Origin: Lysobacteraceae bacterium
GTDB lineage: Bacteria > Pseudomonadota > Gammaproteobacteria > Xanthomonadales > Xanthomonadaceae
Length of the DNA: 57,058 nucleotides
Direction: 5' to 3'
Assembly (NCBI GenBank): GCA_046590925.1
Contig: JBKJTC010000315.1
Span: 1 to 57,058, forward strand
Below, one piece after another: positions 10,577 to 19,819 of the stretch (positions are counted from its first letter, which is position 1; every line of letters begins with the position of its first letter). The position numbers and the translations under genes are program-made. The notes beneath the pieces were generated by a model. That model was not told the origin of the DNA. It worked only from the letters and a program-made list of their open reading frames with translations, and made no database searches.

Positions 10577-11488
10577 CTAGAGTAGCGCGCGCGGATCCTG
10601 ATCCGCGAGGCAGGGCACGGAATGCACGTCGAGCCCGTGGACTTTGAGGATCGCAATGAGCTGGCGCTGGCGCGCCTGGAAATGCGCGAAGCCGCGGTCG
10701 ATGCGCGCCGGGTCCAGTTCGTCCGCGGCATAGCGGCGCTGCCAGCCGCTGCGGTCGAAATCGGCGACGCGCACGGCGCCGTCGACGTAGCGCAGCAGCG
10801 GTTCCGGCGGCGCGTCCAGCCAGACGTCCTGTGCCGGCGCGAGCAATGCGGTTTCCAGCAGCGGCCACAGCGCGTCCAGGCCGACGTGGCGATACTGCAG
10901 CGCCATCATCGCGGCAAGGTCGTGGACGGTGAGATAGCGTGCGTGCTCGATCTTCGCCTCGAACGCATCCTGCGCCAGCAGTGCGGTGTCGGCCTTGGCC
11001 ATGCCGCGCTCCAGCAGCGCGTGCTCGAACTCGGCGGCCACCGCGGTGGCGCGTTCGGCGCTGCCTACCAGCAGGAACGGCAGCACCCGCAGCGCCCCGC
11101 CATGCAGTTCCGGCTCGGCGCGCAGCGGCTGGGGCACTGCGCCGCGGTCGTCGGCGCCGAAGGCGATGATTCGCGCAGCTTCCGCCTGCGTGCCTTCCGA
11201 TCGCGGCGCCCGCGCATGCAGTTCTTCCAGACGCCGGTGCATCGGCCAGCCCGGACGCAGGATTTCCGCGGGGTCGTAGTGCGCACCGGCGAAGACCAGA
11301 TCCAGGCCGGCCGCGTCGGCCGCGAACGTGGCCAGATCGCGCCCCACCAGGCCCGCCAGCGCGCCGGCATCGGTCTGGCCCAGCGCGGCGCGATCGGGTT
11401 GGGTGCCCGGCACCAGTTCCAGCGCCAGCGCGCCGCGCACCACCATGCGTGGGGGATTTCTCTGCGTATCGTGCGGATTTGCGCTCAT
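10577..11488 (-). CDS. Conserved hypothetical protein
   Basis: 303-aa ORF with typical codon usage, divergent from the thiolase gene. Confidence 0.75.
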   Translation of the reverse strand: MSANPHDTQRNPPRMVVRGALALELVPGTQPDRAALGQTDAGALAGLVGRDLATFAADAAGLDLVFAGAHYDPAEILRPGWPMHRRLEELHARAPRSEGTQAEAARIIAFGADDRGAVPQPLRAEPELHGGALRVLPFLLVGSAERATAVAAEFEHALLERGMAKADTALLAQDAFEAKIEHARYLTVHDLAAMMALQYRHVGLDALWPLLETALLAPAQDVWLDAPPEPLLRYVDGAVRVADFDRSGWQRRYAADELDPARIDRGFAHFQARQRQLIAILKVHGLDVHSVPCLADQDPRALL

Positions 11489-11588
11489 CGTCTCGTTGGC
11501 CGGGCCATGTTGCGGCGTTACACTCGCACATTATCTCTCCCGCCGCCGCGCGCCCGCGCCTGCGGACCAATTCCCCACGAGGTGTCTG

Positions 11589-12869
11589 ATGCTGCATGGT
11601 CGTCCCGTCGCCGTTCTTGGCGGCGCCCGCATTCCCTTCTGCCGCCAGAACACGGCCTATACCGATGTCGGCAACCTTGGAATGTCGGTCCGGACCCTCG
11701 GCGCGGTGGTCGAGAAATTCGGTCTGCACGGCCAGCAACTGGGCGAAGTGGCGATGGGCGCGGTGCTCAAGCACAGCAGCGACTGGAACATCGGCCGCGA
11801 AGCCACGCTGTCGTCCGGCCTGTCCCCGCTCACGCCGGGCATCACCCTGCAGCGCGCCTGCGGCACCTCGCTGGACACCATCATCGCCGTCGCCAACAAG
11901 ATTTCCACCGGGCAGATCGAGGTCGGCATCGGCGGCGGCTCCGACACCACCTCGGATGTGCCGATCGTCTACGGCCAGGCATCCCGCCGCCGGCTGCTGT
12001 CGGTGGCCGCGGCCAAGACCACGATGGACAAGCTGGCGCGCTTCACCAACGGCTTCTCGTTCAAGGAGCTGAAGCCGGAGCTGCCCGGCGTGGGCGAGCC
12101 GCGCACCGGCAAGTCGATGGGCGAGCACTGCGAGGACATGGCCAAGGAATGGAAGATCGACCGCGAGTCGCAGGACGCGTGGGCGGTGTCGTCGCACCAC
12201 AAGCTGGCCGCCGCCTACGAGCGCGGGTTCTTCGACGATCTGGTGGTGGGCTTCCGCGGCGTCTCGCGCGACAACATCCTGCGTGCCGATTCTTCGCTGG
12301 AAAAACTCGCATCGCTGAAGCCGGCGTTCGACAGGACGTCCGGCCGCGGCACGCTGACCGCCGGCAACTCCACGCCGCTGACCGATGGCGCCTCGGCCTG
12401 TCTCATCGCGTCCGACGAATGGGCCGCGCAGCACGGGCACGAAGTGCTGTGCCACATCCGCGACGCGCACGTGGCGGCGGTCGATTTCGTCCACGGCGAA
12501 GGGCTGCTGATCGCGCCCGCGGTCGCGGTGGCCGAAATGCTCAAGCGCAACAACCTCACGCTGCAGGATTTCGACATCTACGAAATCCATGAAGCCTTCG
12601 CCGCGCAGGTGCTGTGCACGCTGCGCGCCTGGGAAAGCGCCGATTACTGCAAGAACCGCCTTGGTCTGGATGCGCCGCTGGGCAGCATCGACCCGGCGAA
12701 GATCAACCCGGTGGGTTCGTCGCTGGCCGCGGGCCACCCGTTCGCCGCCACCGGCGCGCGCGTGGTCGCCACCGCCGCCAAGCAGCTGAAGGAACGCGGC
12801 GGCGGCCGCTGCCTGATCTCGATCTGCACCGCCGGCGGCATGGGCGTGGTCGCGATTCTCGAACGCTGA
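11589..12869 (+). CDS. Acetyl-CoA C-acyltransferase (thiolase, FadI-like)
   Basis: QRACGTS, HEAFAAQ, GHPFAATG, SICTAGGMG; ATG at 11589 after GAGGTG. Confidence 0.93.
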   Translation: MLHGRPVAVLGGARIPFCRQNTAYTDVGNLGMSVRTLGAVVEKFGLHGQQLGEVAMGAVLKHSSDWNIGREATLSSGLSPLTPGITLQRACGTSLDTIIAVANKISTGQIEVGIGGGSDTTSDVPIVYGQASRRRLLSVAAAKTTMDKLARFTNGFSFKELKPELPGVGEPRTGKSMGEHCEDMAKEWKIDRESQDAWAVSSHHKLAAAYERGFFDDLVVGFRGVSRDNILRADSSLEKLASLKPAFDRTSGRGTLTAGNSTPLTDGASACLIASDEWAAQHGHEVLCHIRDAHVAAVDFVHGEGLLIAPAVAVAEMLKRNNLTLQDFDIYEIHEAFAAQVLCTLRAWESADYCKNRLGLDAPLGSIDPAKINPVGSSLAAGHPFAATGARVVATAAKQLKERGGGRCLISICTAGGMGVVAILER

Positions 12870-12890
12870 AAAATGCGCTGAAAATCCAGT

Positions 12891-12995
12891 GCAGGCCGGC
12901 GCCGGGCGCAGCGAAGCCCAGCTTCATTGGCGGCAGGATGACGGCGCATTGAGGTTTGCGGGTGCTGGGCTTCGCTGCGCTCAGCGCCAGCCTAC
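12891..12995. repeat. REP doublet (left arm degenerate)
   Basis: GCAGGCCGGCGCCGGGCGCAGCGAAGCCCAGC ... GCTGGGCTTCGCTGCGCTCAGCGCCAGCCTAC. Confidence 0.75.
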
Positions 12996-13178
12996 GCACG
13001 TTCGCTTGGACGTCGGGCTGACGCCAGCCGTTGGTGACGCCGGTTACACCAGCCCGTGGCCGCTTTCGGCTAACCCCGCGATGCGATCCGGTACGTTCTG
13101 ATCACGCGCACTGCCCATCGCGCGCCGCCATCCTGCCGCGACCGGGCCCAATGACTGATCGATCACCGGGGAATCACC

Positions 13179-14264
13179 ATGCGTTCCATCCGCTCGAACC
13201 TGTTCGTCTGCGGCCTGACGGCCGTGCTTTCGTTGACCATCGCCGCCTGCAGCAAACAGAACGACGCCGCCGAAAGCGCTGCATCCGATTCGGTGGCGAT
13301 GGAGCGCAGCGCCGACAAGGCCATGGGCGGCGCGATGCCCGCATCCGCGCCGATGCCGCAGGAAGCGGCCGCCGATGCCGCTGAGGAGATGGCCCCCGGC
13401 AGCGAAAGCCTGCAACGCGAAGCGCAGGTCGAAACCGCCACCACCGTCGACGCCGCGCAGGTCAGTTCCAGTGCCGCCACCTTCGACGACGGCCAGCGCA
13501 AATTCATCCGCACCGCGCAGGCGCAGTTCCGGGTGAAGGATGTCTACACCTCGGCGCTGGCGATCGAGGATGTCGCCGCGCAGCAGGGCGGTTTCGTGGT
13601 CGACAACGACATCGCCGCGCAGACGCTCAGCATGCAGCGCCGCCCCGCGGGCGACGGCAAGCTGCTGGAACTCACCGAATACACGGTGCGCGGCACGCTC
13701 ACGGTGCGCGTGCCCAGCGACAAGACCCAGGCCTTCCTGCGCGCCATCGCGTCGCAGATGGAGTTCCTCGACCAGCGCGGTTTCGATGCCGCCGACGCGC
13801 AGTTCCAGATGCTGCGCCAGCAGCTCGCCTACCAGCGCGAACAGCAGGCGCAGCTGGAGCTTGGGCAGGCGGTGCAGACGGGCGACCGCCTCGACCGCAA
13901 GGCCGACGTCATCGCCGCGCGCACCGGTTCGAAACTGCAGCGCGACGAAGCCCTGATCCAGCAGAAGGAATTCGAGGACCGGGTCGCCTTCAGCACCATC
14001 CATCTCACCCTGTACCAGCTGTCGAAGATCCGCCAGACCGAGATGGTCGATGTCGAAGCGGTGTTCGAGAAGCACAGCCCGGGGTTCTTCTGGCGCCTGT
14101 TCGGCGCGCTGCGCGTCGGCTGGTACGGTCTGCTCGAACTGCTGCTGGCGCTGCTGCAGGTGTGGCCGCTGTGGCTGGCGGTTGGCCTGGGCGTCTACGG
14201 CCTGCGCCGCTGGAACAACGCGCGCCGCGGCAAGCGTCCACCGCTGCCGCCCGCGGCAGAATGA
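13179..14264 (+). CDS. DUF4349-like lipoprotein
   Basis: Lipobox IAAC, RKFIRTA, LTVRVPS, coiled coil, RVAFSTIHLTLYQ, C-terminal TM. Confidence 0.8.
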   Translation: MRSIRSNLFVCGLTAVLSLTIAACSKQNDAAESAASDSVAMERSADKAMGGAMPASAPMPQEAAADAAEEMAPGSESLQREAQVETATTVDAAQVSSSAATFDDGQRKFIRTAQAQFRVKDVYTSALAIEDVAAQQGGFVVDNDIAAQTLSMQRRPAGDGKLLELTEYTVRGTLTVRVPSDKTQAFLRAIASQMEFLDQRGFDAADAQFQMLRQQLAYQREQQAQLELGQAVQTGDRLDRKADVIAARTGSKLQRDEALIQQKEFEDRVAFSTIHLTLYQLSKIRQTEMVDVEAVFEKHSPGFFWRLFGALRVGWYGLLELLLALLQVWPLWLAVGLGVYGLRRWNNARRGKRPPLPPAAE

Positions 14265-14366
14265 AATCGATTGGCATCGCGGTGATGCCGCATCGAATGA
14301 GGGGCGCGCCTCGGCGCAGCCCGATCGCCGCGCTGCCAGCGGTTCCCGCCGATCGCGGGCGCGGCG

Positions 14367-14407
14367 CATGTAACGCACATGTAAACGGGTCCGGGACACT
14401 CTAGACT
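14367..14407 (+). promoter_or_regulatory. Candidate promoter with 11-bp-spaced direct repeat
   Basis: CATGTAA at 14367 and 14378, then 17 bp, then TAGACT (-10-like) at 14402. Confidence 0.4.
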
Positions 14408-14414
14408 CAAGCCA

Positions 14415-16949
14415 ATGCCACCATGGGATGAACTGATGGGATTGGGCACTGCGTCCGTGTTCACCGGGTTCAGGCTGGGCTCGTTGGTGATCGATCTGGA
14501 TCACGGTGCGGTGTCCGGCGAGCAGCAGGGATCGAGCGGTCTCACGCCGCGCGCGGAAGCGTTGCTGCTGTTGCTGTCGCGGCGCGCCAACACCCTGGTG
14601 TCGCGCGAGGAAATCCTCGAAACGGTGTGGGCCGGGCGGGTGGTGGAGGATGCCGCCATCACCAACGGCGTCTGGCAGATCCGCCGCGCCCTCGGCCCGA
14701 CGGGCAAGGACATCCTGCAGACCCGAAGCAAGCGCGGTTATCTGCTGGTGGTGCCGGACGAGGCCTGGATCCGCACGGCACCCGCTGTGGTGCCCGCTGC
14801 GGTATCCGTGCCCGAGCCCGAGCCCATCACGGATGCGCGCGAGTCTTCCGGAACCGATTCGCCCGCCGTCGCGTCGCACGCCGTGCCTGCATCGCGCCGT
14901 CGCGGGTGGCGTCCAGCGCTCGCCGTTGCGCTGGTGATATCGATGGCGGTCGCGGCGATCCCGGCGTGGCGGTGGATGCAGGCGCAGGGCGGCATCGCGA
15001 TGGATCCACAGATCGAGATGAGCGCCGCGGTGGTGGCGCCGCCGTCCCTCGCGTGGCTCCGCGAAACGCTGCTGCGCAAGAGCATCGAACAGGCGCATCT
15101 GCGCGATGTGGATGTGGTGGTATTCCAGCGTGCGCAGATCCAGAACCCGTTCCGCGGCCCGCACCTGCAGGTGCGCATCGACCGCGCCGACCGGCAGACG
15201 CTGGACGCGGAGCTGACGCTGGTGCAGGGGCGCGTGCGCATCCGCGAACGCTACCGCGGCCCGGCCGTCGGCCTGCCCGATGCGCTGCAGACCCTGCTGA
15301 GTCGACATCTGCCCGCGCCGACCCGGTCGCCTGGCCCTGCCACCGATGCCTATGTCGCCGGTCGGCTGGCCGAGGCCCGTTTCGATCGCGCCACCGCGAT
15401 GCAGGAATTCCAGCGCGCGCTGATCCTCGACGCGCGGATGACCGATGCGCGGATCGCATTGGCCGGCCTGCTGTTCGACCAGGGGCGCGCGGATGAAGCG
15501 CGCGCGGCGGCGCGGCCGCTCGAACCGGCCGTTGAAACCGGATCCGTCCAAACCAAAGCTGTCGAAACCGATGCCGTCCGTCGCTGCCGCATCGATCGTC
15601 TGCTGGCGCGGATCGCGCCCGACCGGCTGGGCCGCACCCCCTGTCCGCGCGCGGCCATGGTCGCGCGCGTCGAACGGCTGCAACTGCGGGATGCCTTGCG
15701 CGAGATCGAGCGGCTGTACGCGCAGCCCGCGGGCGCGGGCGAGTGGCTGGAACAGGAAGACGCGCTGATCCTCGCGCTGCTGCGGCTGCAGGAACTGGAG
15801 CGCGCGAAATACGAGATCGAGCGCGCGCGGACCATCGCCGAGCGCGCGGGGTGGCCGCATGCCGCGCTGCGCCTGGGCGCCAATCTCGGCCCGCTGCACA
15901 TGCATCGCGGCGAGCGCAAGGCCGCGGCCGAGGCCCAGACCCGGATCGCCGAAGGCTTCGCGCAGCTGGGCGATTCTGCGTTGGCGGCGGAAAGCCGGGT
16001 GTGGGTGCAGCGCGCCCAGCCGATCGTCCCCGGGCCGGTGCTGGCCGCGCGCCGCGCGCAGCTCGGTGCGAGCGTCGAACAGGCGCGCGCATCCAGTCAT
16101 CTGCGCGCGGAAATCGAGGCGCTGCTGCTGCTGGCGCGGATCGATCGCGATCGTCCCGCGGCCTGGCGCAACCACCTCGACCGTGCGCGTCAGCGCATCC
16201 GCGACGCGCGCCTGGACGGCGGCAACAGCCTGCATCCGTATTTCGTTGTGGCCGAGGTCGTCGGCGCGCGGCGCTATACGGAAGGCCTTGCGGAAATCCG
16301 CACGCTGCAGCAGGCGCCGCATCCGCACCCGCGCGCATCGGCCTGGACGCTGTACCTGCAGGTCGAATCGCATTTCTGGCTCGACGAGATCGCTGCTGCG
16401 GTCGCGGGCATCGATGCGATGGAGCGCGCCGGGCTGGACATCACCGCCTCGCCCAATCCGTGCTTCTACGCCTGGGTGCTGACCGAAGCGCGCCGCCGCG
16501 ATCGCGCCAACGCCTATCTGGAACGCTGCAACGACGGCATGCGCAGTCCGGAACAGACCGACTTCGGCCTGATCGCCGCCGCCCGCCAGCGGGTGCTCGA
16601 CGGCGAACCCGCGGGCGCCTGGCGGCTGCTGCGGCCGCGGATCGATGCGCTGCTGGCCATTCGCGAACCCAGTCGCCAGGAAGCCGAGGCGCTGGCGTTG
16701 ATGACGCGCCACGCGGTGGGCCTTCCGGGCGCCGATCTGCGCCGGCTGCAGGCGGCGCGCCGGGTCGTCGACCGTGTGGCGGCGCTCGATGGCGCCGGTC
16801 CCGGCCTGCGTCTGGGCGCCGAGCTGCTGCGCGGCACGCTGTGCGAACCGGATGTCGACGCCGGTTGTCCGGCGCATGCGCTGCCCGAATGGGCGGCCGA
16901 AGACAGGTTTGCGGTACGGCTGGTCGAATCCCGGCCCGCGCTGCCCTGA
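14415..16949 (+). CDS. Membrane-anchored OmpR-type winged-helix regulator (CadC/ToxR-like) with large TPR-like extracytoplasmic domain, paralog 1
   Basis: LTPRAEALLLLL...VSREEILETVWAGRVVEDAAITNGVWQIRRALG...LQTRSKRGY; no receiver domain; Pro-rich linker, TM, helical repeats; start may be 14436. Confidence 0.88.
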   Translation: MPPWDELMGLGTASVFTGFRLGSLVIDLDHGAVSGEQQGSSGLTPRAEALLLLLSRRANTLVSREEILETVWAGRVVEDAAITNGVWQIRRALGPTGKDILQTRSKRGYLLVVPDEAWIRTAPAVVPAAVSVPEPEPITDARESSGTDSPAVASHAVPASRRRGWRPALAVALVISMAVAAIPAWRWMQAQGGIAMDPQIEMSAAVVAPPSLAWLRETLLRKSIEQAHLRDVDVVVFQRAQIQNPFRGPHLQVRIDRADRQTLDAELTLVQGRVRIRERYRGPAVGLPDALQTLLSRHLPAPTRSPGPATDAYVAGRLAEARFDRATAMQEFQRALILDARMTDARIALAGLLFDQGRADEARAAARPLEPAVETGSVQTKAVETDAVRRCRIDRLLARIAPDRLGRTPCPRAAMVARVERLQLRDALREIERLYAQPAGAGEWLEQEDALILALLRLQELERAKYEIERARTIAERAGWPHAALRLGANLGPLHMHRGERKAAAEAQTRIAEGFAQLGDSALAAESRVWVQRAQPIVPGPVLAARRAQLGASVEQARASSHLRAEIEALLLLARIDRDRPAAWRNHLDRARQRIRDARLDGGNSLHPYFVVAEVVGARRYTEGLAEIRTLQQAPHPHPRASAWTLYLQVESHFWLDEIAAAVAGIDAMERAGLDITASPNPCFYAWVLTEARRRDRANAYLERCNDGMRSPEQTDFGLIAAARQRVLDGEPAGAWRLLRPRIDALLAIREPSRQEAEALALMTRHAVGLPGADLRRLQAARRVVDRVAALDGAGPGLRLGAELLRGTLCEPDVDAGCPAHALPEWAAEDRFAVRLVESRPALP

Positions 16950-17044
16950 CGTTCCGTCCGTCGATTTTCGGGAACGCTGTCTCTGTCCGGCGGCGCGCCT
17001 ACATGGCGGATGTCGGAGGTATCGCGACTATTTACGTCAACTGA

Positions 17045-17097
17045 TTGATTCTGCTGGGAAATAAATTCGAGAGATTTTCGACAGTCAGTCGAGAGGA
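17045..17097 (+). promoter_or_regulatory. Conserved upstream box A: triple heptamer direct repeat
   Basis: TCGAGAG-ATTT-TCGACAG-TCAG-TCGAGAG (17067-17095) preceded by TTGATTC..TGGGAAA; closely similar box at 23764. Confidence 0.75.
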
Positions 17098-17195
17098 TTT
17101 GTCCGGCCGCGCATGCCACACAGGCCCCGTGCGGATACGAATCGCGGTCCGCGCTCAACGCGCACAGCGCATCGCAGACAGAAAGGATCCTCACG

Positions 17196-18353
17196 ATGTC
17201 AGACCCCTACAGCAAAGACGCGCAGATCTTCACCTTCGGTGTACACGGCACCAATAATGGCCCGGACAATGTGCGCGAGGTCGCCCGTCGCGTCAGCGTG
17301 GCCGTCGGCGAAACCACCGATGGCGCCAACCTCTTCGACAACGGTTTTTCCTGGCAGAACCGCTCCGGCACCACCAATGGCACCCGCGAACGCGAGGCGT
17401 CGTCGCAGGATTTGACGAGATATGTGCTGGGAGCGGTGGACCGGGCGTTGGAGTCCGGAACCCTCGACCGCGAAAAGGGCTTGACGATCAATCTGGTGGG
17501 CTTCAGCCATGGCGGCAATGTGGCCCTGCAGGCGTCCGACAACATCGCCGCAGGCTTGCGCGAACGTGGCTTGGATTCGTCGATCCATATCACCACGCTG
17601 TCGACGCCCGCCTACACCCGCGGTGCCGAGAGTCCCGACACCGCCGCGGCCGGCGTACAGGCCAACGGCGTGAGCTTCAATCACACCCATTTCTCGGTGG
17701 CCGGCGACGGCGTGATCCGCGCCGCGATCGGCAATTCGAATTACGACAACGCGCCCACCCGCAACTTCAACATGGAGGGCGTCAGCACCTTCAACGGCGT
17801 CGCCAATCATGGCGCGCCGCAGGACAGCGCGGCGCACATGGACGCGATCTCCGGGGTCATGCGTCAGCGCTTCAACGGCCTGGCGCCCGCACAGACGCGT
17901 TCGGATGCCGGCGGCGACATGCAGGTCGCGGGTGCGACACCGGCAACGCCGGCCGCGACCAACGGCGCCAGCCAGTGGGACGGCATCAACAACAATCCCA
18001 CCGCGCAGCAGGTATCGGCGGCGCTCGCGCGCGCGGTGCCGGACGTGGCGCAGGAAAACCAGAACCCCAGCCTCATCGCCGGGCTCACCGAAGCGGCGGC
18101 GACCAACAAGATGTCCACGGTACGCGACGTGGCGTTCAGCAACGACCAGCAGACCGCATTCCTCGTCGACCGCGACAAATCCGACCCTGCGGCAAAGATC
18201 GTTCCCGTCGACATGGCTGTGGCCGACAAGCCGTTCGATCAGGCCTGGCAGAAAGCGGCGGTCGCGCTGGACACGACCCAGAACAACCCGACCGTCGCGC
18301 AGAGCCAGGACCAGGATCTCAGCCAGAAGCAGTCCGGCCGCTCGATGGCTTGA
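17196..18353 (+). CDS. Alpha/beta-hydrolase (lipase-like) with C-terminal XVIPCD-like domain; putative X-T4SS effector
   Basis: VHG, LVGFSHGGNVA nucleophile elbow, GDGVI, ANHG; no signal peptide; tail VRDVAFS..TAF..DPAA..V..A.KP plus Gln-rich end. Confidence 0.8.
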   Translation: MSDPYSKDAQIFTFGVHGTNNGPDNVREVARRVSVAVGETTDGANLFDNGFSWQNRSGTTNGTREREASSQDLTRYVLGAVDRALESGTLDREKGLTINLVGFSHGGNVALQASDNIAAGLRERGLDSSIHITTLSTPAYTRGAESPDTAAAGVQANGVSFNHTHFSVAGDGVIRAAIGNSNYDNAPTRNFNMEGVSTFNGVANHGAPQDSAAHMDAISGVMRQRFNGLAPAQTRSDAGGDMQVAGATPATPAATNGASQWDGINNNPTAQQVSAALARAVPDVAQENQNPSLIAGLTEAAATNKMSTVRDVAFSNDQQTAFLVDRDKSDPAAKIVPVDMAVADKPFDQAWQKAAVALDTTQNNPTVAQSQDQDLSQKQSGRSMA

Positions 18354-18413
18354 AGCGCCCGCCTTCCATCGGCAACTGCCGGAACGATCGAATAATCAGA
18401 AGGACGCATCACG

Positions 18414-19640
18414 ATGTCGGACCCCTACAGCAAAGACGCACAGATCTTCACCTTCGGCGTGCATGGCACCAACAACACGCCGGACAATGTCCGCGAAGTG
18501 ACCAGCCGGATCAGCGCGGCGGTCGGCCGCACGACCGACGGCGCCAACCTCTGGGACAACGGTTTCGACTGGCGTGCGCGCACCACCACCCAGACGGTGG
18601 ATAGCTACGACCCCGTCTACGGCACGATTCCCGTCACGGTCACCACGCCGGTGCCGGGTACTTCTCATCAGATGAACCAGACCAGCGACCGCGAAATCGC
18701 CTCGGAGCGACTGTCCGCGCACGTGTTGCAGCAGGTCGACAAGGCGATCGAAGCCGGCACTCTCGATCGCGACAAGCCGCTGACGATCAATCTGGTGGGT
18801 TTCAGCCATGGCGGCAATGTGGCGCTGCTCGCGGCGGACAACATTTCCGAGGGCCTCAAACAGCGCGGAATCGAGTCGGCGATCCACGTCGCTACGCTGT
18901 CAACGCCCGCTTATACCCGGGGGCCGGAAAATCCCGACACGGCACGCAACGCGGTCCAGGCCGACGGCGTGCAGTTCGCGCATACGCATTTCACCACCCC
19001 GGGGGACGGCGTCATCCGCCTGGCGATAGGGCGCGCGGAGTACGACACCGAAGTCACCCGGAATTATGGTTTCCAGAACGCGCCTTCCGGCCTCAACGGG
19101 ATCGCCAACCACGGCGCAGTGCAGAATGTGCCCGAAATGATGGACAGCGTCTCCGAGGTCATGCGTCAGCGGTTCAACGGTCTGGCGCCCGCGCAGCAGC
19201 GCAGCAGCGCCGAAACCGATGTCCAGGTCGCGGGCATCGCCCCGGTCACGCCCGGCGCGAACGTCAACTGGCAGGAGTTCAACAACAACCCGATGGTCCA
19301 GCAGGCGTCCGCGGCGCTGCATCGCGCCGCGCCGGATATACCGCAGGAAAACCTCAACCCCAGCATGGTCGCCGGTGTGGCCGGCGTGGCCGCGGAGAAC
19401 CGCTTCAATACGATCCAGGACGTGGCCTTCAGCCAGAACGGACAGACCGCATTCGTGACCGATCGCGAGAAGACCGACCCCGCCGCACGCGTGGCGCCGG
19501 TGGATATGGCGCTGGCCAACAAACCTGCCGAGGAAGTGGTGCAGAAATATGCGGCGGCGATCGACAACGCGCAGACGCCGCAGGTCGCGACGCAGGACCA
19601 GGAACAACAGCGCAAGCAGAGCGGACCGTCGATGGCGTAG
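18414..19640 (+). CDS. Tandem paralog: lipase-like domain + XVIPCD-like domain
   Basis: Identical start MSDPYSKDAQIFTFGVHGTNN, same GFSHGG/GDGVI/ANHG motifs, same tail ending in a Gln-rich segment. Confidence 0.8.
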   Translation: MSDPYSKDAQIFTFGVHGTNNTPDNVREVTSRISAAVGRTTDGANLWDNGFDWRARTTTQTVDSYDPVYGTIPVTVTTPVPGTSHQMNQTSDREIASERLSAHVLQQVDKAIEAGTLDRDKPLTINLVGFSHGGNVALLAADNISEGLKQRGIESAIHVATLSTPAYTRGPENPDTARNAVQADGVQFAHTHFTTPGDGVIRLAIGRAEYDTEVTRNYGFQNAPSGLNGIANHGAVQNVPEMMDSVSEVMRQRFNGLAPAQQRSSAETDVQVAGIAPVTPGANVNWQEFNNNPMVQQASAALHRAAPDIPQENLNPSMVAGVAGVAAENRFNTIQDVAFSQNGQTAFVTDREKTDPAARVAPVDMALANKPAEEVVQKYAAAIDNAQTPQVATQDQEQQRKQSGPSMA

Positions 19641-19819
19641 GACGCATCAGCGAACGCTGTTCCCGTTTTCCACTGGCCGTGGCCGATACGAAGGACCGGC
19701 TCGCGGCGAATATCCGGAACCCCGGGTATCGCAACAGGACATGCCCGACCGGCGTTCGAACCCAGTCCTCGCGATGTGCCGTCCATAACGACGAATAGAA
19801 AAATCAGGAGTGAATCGTC

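Noticed and set aside
14391-14402. CCGGGACACTCT shared with 49685-49696
   Set aside because: A single 12-bp match with no symmetry; may be chance
13044-16877. 1277-aa minus-strand ORF (likewise 43376-47800, 21094-23667, 10413-12737)
   Set aside because: Antisense shadows of real genes in high-GC DNA; Arg/Ala-rich with no motifs
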